IMG/VR virus record: IMGVR_UViG_3300044305_000543
Span: 1-26,104 of that record
Strand: one strand, 5' to 3'
DNA: 26,104 nt
Source of the DNA: a virus
Taxonomy: Duplodnaviria > Caudoviricetes
The notes under the pieces were generated by a model. That model had not been told where the DNA came from and made no database searches. It saw only the letters and a program-made list of their open reading frames with translations. This document shows, one piece after another, positions 16,862 to 25,228 of the stretch. Every line of letters begins with the position of its first letter. Within the stretch, counting starts at the first letter, position 1. Made by a program: the position numbers and the translations under genes.

Positions 16862-18720
16862 TTGCAATCTCCATAGTTATTACCTACCCCACTCTCACAT
16901 GCAACAGGCAAATTGCCTGCCCAGCTAGGCGGAGTAGACATTATTGTCTCAACGTGTTTCTGTGTCTTTGTATAGTTTTTAGCATCAGCCAGTAAAATTA
17001 GTTCATCATGTACTTGAAATAAAACTTTGTGTGTTTTCCCTAGTTTTACCATCTGTTCGGATATAACTAACCTTGCTAGTGCTTGTACTATATTCTCAGT
17101 CACTTTTCCTCCATAGATTTTAGTCCATTCCTTATCTTCAAGAGTACCATTAAGTTGTAGTTTCTTATAAGTTCTTGAGTTAGAAATGTATTCAAACCCA
17201 TTATCTGTTCGCCTTAGTTTTGGATATCTAATGCGAAGTCCATTCGGTAATAAGATTCCTCTAGAATCGTATTCCAACATGTCATCATGTATACTGCCTT
17301 TCCTATTATGTAGTATCCCACGCAATGCGTAATCACACACTCCCCAGAAAATTACAATCATATGGTTTTTTTGTCTATACAAGTTGACAATTCTTTGTGC
17401 CTCATTTATATCAATATCTACTGACATACCACCCTGTCCTAATGCCAAGGTATCTTTAAATTTTACTGCCCCCATTCCATAACCAAGCCCTAATATACAA
17501 GTCTTGCCTACAAATCGCTCTAGTTTATCTTCTTTAGTAATTTTTCTACCATAAATCTCACTAGCAAATTCACTGTATACATCTCTACCTTCTTTAAATG
17601 CTTGTACTAAATCTTTTTGTCCGCTTATATATGCAACCATTCGAGCCTCAATCTGTGATGAGTCACAGGCAATTAACATTTTGTCTTTTGGTACTGTCAA
17701 TGCTTTACGAATAGCTCCATTACGAGGTAAGTTCTGTAAATTAAGTTTATCCCCACCACTAAACCTACCTGTATGAGCCCCATAATAATTTAAAAGGATT
17801 GGTAATCTACCTCTATCACTTACATTAATTAAGTTTTCAGCTCTTGTCTGTTCAATAGTAGACTTAACATTCAATCTTGCTCCAACAAGTTCTCGTATGA
17901 TTGGATTATCGTGTTGACTCAGGGACGTAAGCTGTTTGTCTGTTTTTGCAAATGCATAAGTCTCTTTACCTGTTGTGGCGGAAATTTTTTTCGGTGGCTC
18001 CACGCCAAGTTTCTTCAAAATTTTTGCGAACATATTATTAGAGGACAAAATTTTTTCCACGCTTTCAGGTGAGGCTCCAATTTTAGTAGCTAAACTGTCA
18101 ACAAGTTTATGTTTGTCTGACTTTATCTTCTCTGCGTGCCTGCATAAAAGTTTTTTATCAAGTTCAATATGTGGCTCGGTGTACATTCTAATTGTTTGGT
18201 CTATAACCTTAAGTTCAGACTTAGGAAAATCTTTAACTAGAATTTTAAAGAGTTTGTAAGTTAGTTCGACATCATTAATACAGTAGTTCGCATAGTCCTC
18301 AAGTTCTTTAGGAGTAAAGTCTTTCTCTCTTTTACCTAAAGCATTGATAACTTCAGTTCCTTTTTTCCCTACCTTATATATAGAAGAAAGACTAGCCAAC
18401 GAGCAACCTACAGTTGCATTGTGGAGTGGTCTAGCCATAGACATAGTATCTAGCCAAAACTTAGGATTAATGTTGTAGTGCCACGAAAGTATAGACCCAT
18501 CAAAAATTGTGTTGTGTGCAAGTATACAAGAATTACTCATGTCCACTGAAGCCAGAGCATCATGGACATTTTTATACCAACGTGTTGGTGTGTCATTTAC
18601 CTTAATCGCCATCCCGATAATCTCAAACCTTTCGTCTCTAATGTAAGATTCAGTTGTCATTTTAGATAGAGAGTAGTCCCTATCATAATAGGTTTCAAAA
18701 TCTATAGTTATTATATCCAT
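16858..18720 (-). CDS. Phage family A DNA polymerase with a 3'-5' exonuclease domain
   Basis: Exo motifs IDFETY, AHNTIFD and YCINDV; HTGRFSG and NLQNLPR; motif A DSSQIEAR, motif B RFVGKTCILGLGYG and motif C VHDEL. Confidence 0.95.
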   Translation of the reverse strand: MDIITIDFETYYDRDYSLSKMTTESYIRDERFEIIGMAIKVNDTPTRWYKNVHDALASVDMSNSCILAHNTIFDGSILSWHYNINPKFWLDTMSMARPLHNATVGCSLASLSSIYKVGKKGTEVINALGKREKDFTPKELEDYANYCINDVELTYKLFKILVKDFPKSELKVIDQTIRMYTEPHIELDKKLLCRHAEKIKSDKHKLVDSLATKIGASPESVEKILSSNNMFAKILKKLGVEPPKKISATTGKETYAFAKTDKQLTSLSQHDNPIIRELVGARLNVKSTIEQTRAENLINVSDRGRLPILLNYYGAHTGRFSGGDKLNLQNLPRNGAIRKALTVPKDKMLIACDSSQIEARMVAYISGQKDLVQAFKEGRDVYSEFASEIYGRKITKEDKLERFVGKTCILGLGYGMGAVKFKDTLALGQGGMSVDIDINEAQRIVNLYRQKNHMIVIFWGVCDYALRGILHNRKGSIHDDMLEYDSRGILLPNGLRIRYPKLRRTDNGFEYISNSRTYKKLQLNGTLEDKEWTKIYGGKVTENIVQALARLVISEQMVKLGKTHKVLFQVHDELILLADAKNYTKTQKHVETIMSTPPSWAGNLPVACESGVGNNYGDCK

Positions 18721-18721
18721 G

Positions 18722-18955
18722 CTACCCCTGTTCTGCTTTCTTAATTAGTATATCTAAATATTGCCTAGCTTTTTTCAAGTCCTCTATCTGCCCTTGTTTC
18801 GTTGGGTGTTTGTGTTGCCACCTACAGACATACTTGATTACATTTGATTCACAATAAGGTATTTCATTCTCAACAATAAATGTTATTGGCTCAATCTTAT
18901 ACCTTGTGTAGTGTTCTGGTTTCTCTACCTTGTCATTACTTCTTACTATTGTCAT
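18722..18955 (-). CDS. DUF3310 protein (T7 gp1.7 nucleotide-kinase-like)
   Basis: VEKPEHYT..IEPI.FI...NVIKYVCRW..K....EDLKKARQYL signature. Confidence 0.85.
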   Translation of the reverse strand: MTIVRSNDKVEKPEHYTRYKIEPITFIVENEIPYCESNVIKYVCRWQHKHPTKQGQIEDLKKARQYLDILIKKAEQG

Positions 18956-19122
18956 ATATTTTCCTCCTCATATGGTTTAAAATAAAATATAATATTGCCC
19001 TCTAATGTTGCAACATCATCTGATACTCCAAAGTGTTCCTCCTCGTTGTACCATGCCCAATTAGTATGACCATACTTCCTCCTACAATAATCATCTATTA
19101 CTTCTGTTATATCACTCATCAT
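18952..19122 (-). CDS. Small hypothetical protein, YGHTNWA paralogue B
   Basis: The real start is at the AAGGAG-linked ATGATG (19122/19119), not 19302. MSDITEVIDDYCRRKYGHTNWAW...IIFYFKPYEEE is clearly similar to 19630-19818. Confidence 0.75.
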   Translation of the reverse strand: MMSDITEVIDDYCRRKYGHTNWAWYNEEEHFGVSDDVATLEGNIIFYFKPYEEENI

Positions 19123-19414
19123 CTTTCTCCTTATTAGTTGATGGATAAAACCATAATCTGTACTTGCCATCTTCTGCATATCCATGCTCGTACCATGAAC
19201 GGTCATCAACCCATTTTTGTCTCGTTTTAATACCCCACCTTTTACAAAAGCTAATAATGTTAGTTGCCTGTCTGCGATTACATACAATGCTGTCTCCGTC
19301 ATCTAACTCAGTAATCCATTTATACTTATGAATATATCTCGCTGTAGCACTCCCTTTCGTTTTCTTAGATGTAAAAGGTATGTTCTTTTCAATTTTAAAC
19401 TCACTCATCATCAT
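19112..19414 (-). CDS. Small phage protein, possible DNA-binding (FKIEKNIP...KY...GDS type)
   Basis: GGAGG SD; the start may be 19411 or 19408. It carries a motif I recognise as common in small phage early proteins. Confidence 0.7.
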   Translation of the reverse strand: MMMSEFKIEKNIPFTSKKTKGSATARYIHKYKWITELDDGDSIVCNRRQATNIISFCKRWGIKTRQKWVDDRSWYEHGYAEDGKYRLWFYPSTNKEKDDE

Positions 19415-19640
19415 CTTCCTCCTTTAATTGTAATTCACAATAACATTTACTGTCTGTAATCCAAACAAACGAACACTCCTCTCCTTCATCAACTTGTTCA
19501 TAATGACTACAAGATTCTGATTCTTTAAAGTCTTGTTCATACGGACACCTCTTTAGTTTATTAACACAAGGATTTTCAATGGTTTTTTCCCATGCATTAA
19601 AATCTTCTTTATTGTTAAGGTTTAAAAACTTACTCATCAT
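19401..19640 (-). CDS. Small Cys-rich acidic hypothetical protein
   Basis: 79 aa with 6 Cys, bounded by two junction repeats. Confidence 0.7.
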   Translation of the reverse strand: MMSKFLNLNNKEDFNAWEKTIENPCVNKLKRCPYEQDFKESESCSHYEQVDEGEECSFVWITDSKCYCELQLKEEDDDE

Positions 19641-19818
19641 CTTCCTCTTCTAAAGGGTCATGATAAAATATTATGCTAGGCATTTTATCTCCTAACTTTT
19701 TATCTTTGACTTCTTTAAGTTCTTCTTCTGTCAATGTGTCTGCAAATGCCCAATTAGTATGACCATATTCTGCCTCACATATATCATCTATCCGTTCTGT
19801 TATATCTCTACTCATCAT
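19630..19818 (-). CDS. Small hypothetical protein, YGHTNWA paralogue A
   Basis: MSRDITERIDDICEAEYGHTNWAF...IIFYHDPLEEEDDE, with an AAGGAGG SD. Confidence 0.75.
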   Translation of the reverse strand: MMSRDITERIDDICEAEYGHTNWAFADTLTEEELKEVKDKKLGDKMPSIIFYHDPLEEEDDE

Positions 19819-19963
19819 CTTCCTCCTTTCTATTTATTTTTTCATATGGAATAAGAAATTTTACATGAACATGTCCACCTTGCATTGATGATATAACAAA
19901 CTCATATGGGCATTTCTTAACCCATTCTAAAAAGCTTTCCATATTTTGTACGTGTGCATTCAT
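19808..19963 (-). CDS. 51-aa hypothetical protein missing from the ORF track
   Basis: Translated by hand: MNAHVQNMESFLEWVKKCPYEFVISSMQGGHVHVKFLIPYEKINRKEEDDE*. It has a GGGAG SD, an ATGA overlap with the upstream stop, and fills the gap exactly. Confidence 0.75.
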   Translation of the reverse strand: MNAHVQNMESFLEWVKKCPYEFVISSMQGGHVHVKFLIPYEKINRKEEDDE

Positions 19964-20163
19964 AGTTTTTTCTCCCACTCTATTATTTTTTCATACAACT
20001 GACTGGCACATTCCTGTCTAGTATAACCTTCTGTATTATCATTTAGTTCTTTCCTCAACCAGCTTTTAATTTTGTCTACCAACAATCTTCTTGCCAGACA
20101 CATAGATAAAAGCCTAGCTTTATCCATATCTTCCTCTTCCTTATCCTTTACAACAAATGTCAT
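19960..20163 (-). CDS. Small hypothetical protein
   Basis: ATGA-coupled at both ends. An alternative start at 20127 follows GGAAGAGGAAGAT. Confidence 0.65.
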   Translation of the reverse strand: MTFVVKDKEEEDMDKARLLSMCLARRLLVDKIKSWLRKELNDNTEGYTRQECASQLYEKIIEWEKKL

Positions 20164-20348
20164 AGTATTACCTCTCTAACTGATTTAAATGTAGCCCATG
20201 AACATGTTTTCAAATCATATCCTTGCCCTTTTACCCATTCACTTTCCGTTCCTACAACAATAGATACTTTCCAATAAAGAGTTACCTCTCCATTAGCACA
20301 GTCACATACTGCTATGTTTACAGATTGAACATCACTTTCACTTGCCAT
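20160..20348 (-). CDS. Small hypothetical protein
   Basis: AAGGAG SD before the ATG at 20348; packed in the operon. Confidence 0.65.
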   Translation of the reverse strand: MASESDVQSVNIAVCDCANGEVTLYWKVSIVVGTESEWVKGQGYDLKTCSWATFKSVREVIL

Positions 20349-20352
20349 TTTA

Positions 20353-21402
20353 TTACTCCTTTTCTACGTTGCGTTTATGTTCAGCCATACTATTATCGCT
20401 AAACAATTCTATTAATTCATCAGCTTGTTCATCAGTTAGATTATTTGATAATGTTTTCTTTTGGCTATTAAAACCTATGCTTTCAAAAACATTTAAAAAT
20501 TGTTTAAATGCTGTACTGTATTCATTTAAATAATTTCGTATGTGTTGTGGTTGAATTTCATTCTGCCCTAATTGGCTCTTCATTTGAAAACTATAATTAC
20601 TCATTTGAAACGAGATATTATACCTCAACAAGTTTAGGTATTGATTACTTAACTTTCCTGATTTCATAACTGATAGAATATATTCAGTTATTTTTGTATC
20701 TTCTAAATTTATTTTTCCAGAATGATAATAATAAGAATCTACAGTATCTGTTATTGTTTGTACTTTTTTCCTTATCACTTCTTGTACATCTTCATCTAAA
20801 AGTTTAAAACCACCTAGAGATGTCATAGTCAAAAGCATTTTCTTATGAGGTGTAAGTAATGACCTCCATATTTTTCTTTCATCTTCTCTCTCTACTGTCT
20901 TTTGTCTTTGCTTTGCATTTAGGTATTCACCTGTCAACAAGTTATACTGTAGCCCATTAAATATATAAGGTAGTTCTTTAAAATCAGTACACCCTTTTGC
21001 TATATCCCACATTGTCACTACCGAATAATTATTTGTGCCTAATCGGTAAAGACATACAGGCAAGTAGTTAGGCATACTGTTTACTTGTGCTTGTCCACCA
21101 GCGTCTGCCATTGATAACTCCCATGTCAGGATATTTTTATCATCAACAGTAAACATAGGCTGTCTATAATGCATTACTTTTATTTTAGATTTGTCAGTTA
21201 ATGCATAGAACAATCTAAACCCACTAGGTTTAATCGGTTTACCCTTGTCTTGATTTCTACAATGATTTTCTAATAAGTCTTTTAAATTATTAAACCTTAT
21301 GTCTGTATAATCTAGATATGCTCTCTGGTACATATCACTTGGGTTATTAAGACCTTGCATAAATGGTTTGTTTAATAAGTTATTATATTGCCATACTTCC
21401 AT
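20353..21402 (-). CDS. Hypothetical protein (349 aa)
   Basis: Long ORF with a GGAG SD and 3-4 nt gaps to its neighbours. No motif recognised. Confidence 0.8.
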   Translation of the reverse strand: MEVWQYNNLLNKPFMQGLNNPSDMYQRAYLDYTDIRFNNLKDLLENHCRNQDKGKPIKPSGFRLFYALTDKSKIKVMHYRQPMFTVDDKNILTWELSMADAGGQAQVNSMPNYLPVCLYRLGTNNYSVVTMWDIAKGCTDFKELPYIFNGLQYNLLTGEYLNAKQRQKTVEREDERKIWRSLLTPHKKMLLTMTSLGGFKLLDEDVQEVIRKKVQTITDTVDSYYYHSGKINLEDTKITEYILSVMKSGKLSNQYLNLLRYNISFQMSNYSFQMKSQLGQNEIQPQHIRNYLNEYSTAFKQFLNVFESIGFNSQKKTLSNNLTDEQADELIELFSDNSMAEHKRNVEKE

Positions 21403-21405
21403 AGT

Positions 21406-22134
21406 CTACTCTCCATCAATTAGTTTACTAGTTTGCACATGAGCTGTTAGTTCATCAAAGTCTATGGCTGATGTTTCATCAACAACATCTTTAGACTCAT
21501 ATGTATACCTCTCAACAACTCTTTTGTGTCTATCTTTAGCCTCCTCTGGTACTAAATCCCATAACCCCTCCCATTGTTTTAATGCTCTGTTTAGTGTGGT
21601 ATGTGCATTTAATAACGCCTTTACATTAGAAAGAAACTTATCTCTCTCAGCATATATATCAAATATAGGTTTGTTTAACTCTTTTATTTTATCTCTAAGC
21701 CAAATAAATCTTTCATCATTCCAATCTACTTTAGCGTAGCTATCACTCATCAATACATTATATTTTTTATATTCGTCAGTATTACGACTAAGAGGTATAG
21801 GTCTTTCTTTAGATAAGTCTAAAGTTATCCCACCATATCCATTCTCTTTAAGTTCACTTGCTAAGTCTGAATATGAATAGCCACTACTATGTTGTTCAGC
21901 ATTATCAAAACCATTAAAACTAATAGAGTTTTTATACTTTATAAAGTCTTTTGGAATACTAAGAAGTTTATCCTGAAGATGTTCTGGTATGATGGTATCA
22001 TATATCTTATCACCCCAACCACTTACATCAATAGGATTATTCTTTGCATAAGATTGTATTCTTTTGGTGAATACACGCTCAGCATTATTATTAATATCGT
22101 GACATAGACTGTCACTTAGTTTAACTGTAGCCAT
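21406..22134 (-). CDS. Nmad5-like (nucleotide modification associated domain 5) protein
   Basis: N-terminal VKLSDSLCHDI and C-terminal TTLNRALKQWEGLWDLVP resemble the Nmad5 pattern as I recall it; AAGGAG SD. Confidence 0.55.
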   Translation of the reverse strand: MATVKLSDSLCHDINNNAERVFTKRIQSYAKNNPIDVSGWGDKIYDTIIPEHLQDKLLSIPKDFIKYKNSISFNGFDNAEQHSSGYSYSDLASELKENGYGGITLDLSKERPIPLSRNTDEYKKYNVLMSDSYAKVDWNDERFIWLRDKIKELNKPIFDIYAERDKFLSNVKALLNAHTTLNRALKQWEGLWDLVPEEAKDRHKRVVERYTYESKDVVDETSAIDFDELTAHVQTSKLIDGE

Positions 22135-22156
22135 AATTTTACTCCTTTGGTTATAG

Positions 22157-23302
22157 TTAATTGTTGTCGTGCATTCTGACTATCTCGCCAAAAGGCACTC
22201 TCATGTTGTCATCACTTGTGGTAGATATCCACAGTACAGGGTACTCGGGCTCTTTACCAAAGTCATTACAATACAAGTCAGTAAGAAACACACAAGCCAA
22301 TGGCTGTATATCTTTCTTATCTAGGTATTCAAATACAGGGCTGAATGCTGTCCCACCTCCACCATGAGGCTTGATTACAACATCATCTCCTTTATTGAAT
22401 TCATCATAGTGAGATACTTCACTATCAAAGTACACCACATGTAAACGACTTGGTAGTAAGTCTTGCCATATGGTATTTATCTCACTGTTAAATTGGTTTA
22501 TCTCATCTTGACTAACAGAGCCAGAGCAATCAACAGCCACAGCTATCTCGCCTAGTCCCATGCCTGTAACACTAGGCATATACATTCCTTGGGTAATAAA
22601 TCTTCTGTTAGGTCTAGCATAAGTTCTATCATCAACACGAAGTTTTTGCATAAACTTAAGTAGTACTTCTTTCCAATCTACTTTAGGTCTAAGTACTTCA
22701 TTCACTAGTCTCTCAATACCAGAAGTCATCTTACCCATAATCTTAGTAGCATTGGCTGATTGAGCCACTTTAACTTTCCATTGGGCTGATAGTCTGTCCA
22801 AGTCAGATTGTGTCTTAGCTTGTTTATCATTGTTGTTACCAATACAATCATCTAATGGCTGTCCCTCGCCACCCATACCTTGCTCATCTTTCGGTGTATC
22901 AGGTAGTAAATTGTAAATACCCTCAGTATTTCCTTTACCTTGTTCGTAGATATTCCTATCAAGTAAGCCACCATCTGGCATTTTACCAATACCATCTTCA
23001 TCTAGCATATGATTGATTACATAGTCACCAGCTTGATTCCACTTGTAGCTATCTCTAGTCTCTAGTCTGAAACAATGTCCTAGCATAGGGTGACACACTT
23101 CATGTGCCAAAAGAAACACTAGCTCTTCATCAGTTAGACTATCCACATAATCGGGATTTAGTACAACTACCTCACCATTCGTACCAGCTGTTGGTATACT
23201 TGTGTCCCATACTATATCCATACCGAACAGTAGATTACCAACAAAGGGATAGCGAAGTATCAACTGAGTCTTAGCTCTCTTTACTCTTTCATCTCTAGTC
23301 AT
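22157..23302 (-). CDS. DUF2201-type metallopeptidase fused to a vWA domain
   Basis: PTAGTNG, zinc motif LAHEVCH, WNQAGDYVIN; MIDAS motif VDCSGS, GGGGTAFSPVF and FLTD. Confidence 0.9.
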   Translation of the reverse strand: MTRDERVKRAKTQLILRYPFVGNLLFGMDIVWDTSIPTAGTNGEVVVLNPDYVDSLTDEELVFLLAHEVCHPMLGHCFRLETRDSYKWNQAGDYVINHMLDEDGIGKMPDGGLLDRNIYEQGKGNTEGIYNLLPDTPKDEQGMGGEGQPLDDCIGNNNDKQAKTQSDLDRLSAQWKVKVAQSANATKIMGKMTSGIERLVNEVLRPKVDWKEVLLKFMQKLRVDDRTYARPNRRFITQGMYMPSVTGMGLGEIAVAVDCSGSVSQDEINQFNSEINTIWQDLLPSRLHVVYFDSEVSHYDEFNKGDDVVIKPHGGGGTAFSPVFEYLDKKDIQPLACVFLTDLYCNDFGKEPEYPVLWISTTSDDNMRVPFGEIVRMHDNN

Positions 23303-24143
23303 TCATGTATTCCTCCATCTGTTTCAAAATCTCTCTAGACTCTATGGCTTTCTGTCTCCTCAAGTCTAAGTCTAGCCTTAGAGATTCTGGGTTATTGTTC
23401 GCCAACTTTGTATCAACTTGTTGTCGTATGTTTTCCAAGTTAACATCATTGGTGATATTCATACGCTTTAGAACATCACATAACTCTTTTAAGTTGTCAA
23501 TCATAGTATCCCTAAAGATATTCTTATTGTCTGACAGCTTATCAGCTATGTGTTGAACTTTATCGTATAGTCTTTGCCATGCCTCACGCATAGCATTTTC
23601 AATAGAACTTTCTACTTTCTCTCCAACTTGTTTGCGTATGTTTTCCAACTCACTACTCGCAATGTCTACTCTGAAATCATCAGAGGGTATAGGTAGCACA
23701 GTCATGTCCATACCAAATTTAAGTTTCAGTTCATACTCGGTAGGGTATTCATTAGGGTTATATAAACTACCTAAGTCCCTTTGTGCATTCAACTGCAACT
23801 GTGGATATTGGTTTATAAAAGTATCTACTAATCTAAACCATTCAACTTTCATCTCATTAAACCTTTCCATGAATGGCATATAGTTTGCAGTAGGTAATAT
23901 CATAGTACCATCACTCAACCAAGGTAGAGTGTTCTGGTAAAAGAACTGCCTAACCAATGTAGTATACTTGTGTACATTACCAAGATACTCATTGTTAGGT
24001 AGTAATGATTTATGATAAGTACCAGCTGTTGTTATTGCGTTGTTAGTCATAGCAACTTGCTCACTAACCTTTTTATCACGCTTACTCATAGTAGGCTGTG
24101 ATACATTTAGCTGAACTAACAATGCTCTCTCATCTAGTTTCAT
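23295..24143 (-). CDS. Conserved phage protein between the AAA and vWA genes (DUF3150-like)
   Basis: 282-aa helical protein with TLPW..G..ILP and YNPNEYP. Its position matches the AAA-DUF3150-vWA triad; the family call is tentative. Confidence 0.55.
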   Translation of the reverse strand: MKLDERALLVQLNVSQPTMSKRDKKVSEQVAMTNNAITTAGTYHKSLLPNNEYLGNVHKYTTLVRQFFYQNTLPWLSDGTMILPTANYMPFMERFNEMKVEWFRLVDTFINQYPQLQLNAQRDLGSLYNPNEYPTEYELKLKFGMDMTVLPIPSDDFRVDIASSELENIRKQVGEKVESSIENAMREAWQRLYDKVQHIADKLSDNKNIFRDTMIDNLKELCDVLKRMNITNDVNLENIRQQVDTKLANNNPESLRLDLDLRRQKAIESREILKQMEEYMND

Positions 24144-24161
24144 AATATTTTCCTCTCTAGT

Positions 24162-25202
24162 TTATCTACCAGCTTGTGTAAACTTGGCATTCTTAACCAT
24201 CAACTCTGCATAAGGCTTACCTACTGCAACGAATGGCTCAATACCATGTTTACTCTGTACCATTTTCAGTGCAAGTATGGAATACTCAGCTTTATCATTA
24301 TCAAACAATCTGTCTAGATACTTGATAAAGTTTTCAGCATACTCATTGGCAATAGTACCAATAGAGGCACATAGGGCACACATAACATCTGGTTTCTCTG
24401 GTATTAGTGCTGTACTAGGTGACTTAAGTATTTCTTCAGGTTTAGGTAAGTCTGCATAAGTCTGTAGAAAACCAACAAACTCAGCCCCAGCTCCCTCACC
24501 AACTGCCCCCATAATACATTCTTGTAATGTAATATCTACACTACCATCTTTTATGTAGTCATTACTCCACAACTCCATGATAGCTGACACACCCTCAACC
24601 CAAGACCTTGGTGTAGGACTTTGCTCTTTTTGTGGGTTAAACATGTGCAGTAAGTCTGGTCTAAATTGTACAAACCCTTGCACAAGAGGGTGAACACCAT
24701 TTTCTGATGACCAATCTAGCCAATTAGATATGTTAGTATCTAGCTCAATTATAGTCATTCTATTACCCAAGTGTCTTAGCATTGATACAACACCAGACCT
24801 ATCGGATTGTTTATTACCTGTCATAATAAACATAATGTCTTTCAGTTTATGTCCATGATGAATACCACTTTGTACCATGTTAGCTACAACCTTTTGTATA
24901 TCGTGACTAGCCTGACCAAAGTCATCTAAACACACAATAACTTGTTGGTCATGCTTACTACCCTCAACAGGTATCCACTCAGGTAACACATACTTGATAG
25001 TGCCATCAGGCTGAGGCATAGGTATACCCATATCCTCTACCAACATAGTAGGCATATGTACTTCTACATATTCCACTCCTAGTTTCTTGGCTACATCTCT
25101 GACAATGGTAGTCTTACCACCACCTGGAGAGCCTTGTATATAGGTAGTTCGCTTAATAGCAAACAATCTCTCTAATGTAGTCATTAGTTCTTTAGCTTTC
25201 AT
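24162..25202 (-). CDS. MoxR/dynein-related AAA+ ATPase
   Basis: Walker A GSPGGGKT, Walker B VCLDD, sensor I MTGN, arginine finger LGNR and sensor II PTPRSW; AGGAG SD. Confidence 0.9.
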   Translation of the reverse strand: MKAKELMTTLERLFAIKRTTYIQGSPGGGKTTIVRDVAKKLGVEYVEVHMPTMLVEDMGIPMPQPDGTIKYVLPEWIPVEGSKHDQQVIVCLDDFGQASHDIQKVVANMVQSGIHHGHKLKDIMFIMTGNKQSDRSGVVSMLRHLGNRMTIIELDTNISNWLDWSSENGVHPLVQGFVQFRPDLLHMFNPQKEQSPTPRSWVEGVSAIMELWSNDYIKDGSVDITLQECIMGAVGEGAGAEFVGFLQTYADLPKPEEILKSPSTALIPEKPDVMCALCASIGTIANEYAENFIKYLDRLFDNDKAEYSILALKMVQSKHGIEPFVAVGKPYAELMVKNAKFTQAGR

Positions 25203-25228
25203 ATTTACTCCTATGATTACTAGTTATA

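Larger units (their letters stand above)
19112..19828 (-). repeat. Four copies of a gene-junction repeat, consensus AGGAGGAAGATGATGAGT(AA/AG/GA)
   Basis: Copies lie at 19112-19132, 19401-19424, 19630-19650 and 19808-19828. Each contains an SD, the next start codon and the previous stop codon. Confidence 0.85.

Noticed and set aside
19123-19302. N-terminal extension of the track ORF 18952-19302
   Set aside because: It overlaps the 19112-19414 gene in another frame, and both the SD and the paralogue alignment put the start at 19122/19119.
8941-24459. Short + strand ORFs opposite the replication and early genes, and ORF 8941-9129
   Set aside because: They are shadows of well-supported genes with S/L/F-rich composition typical of antisense frames; 8941-9129 crosses the convergent junction.
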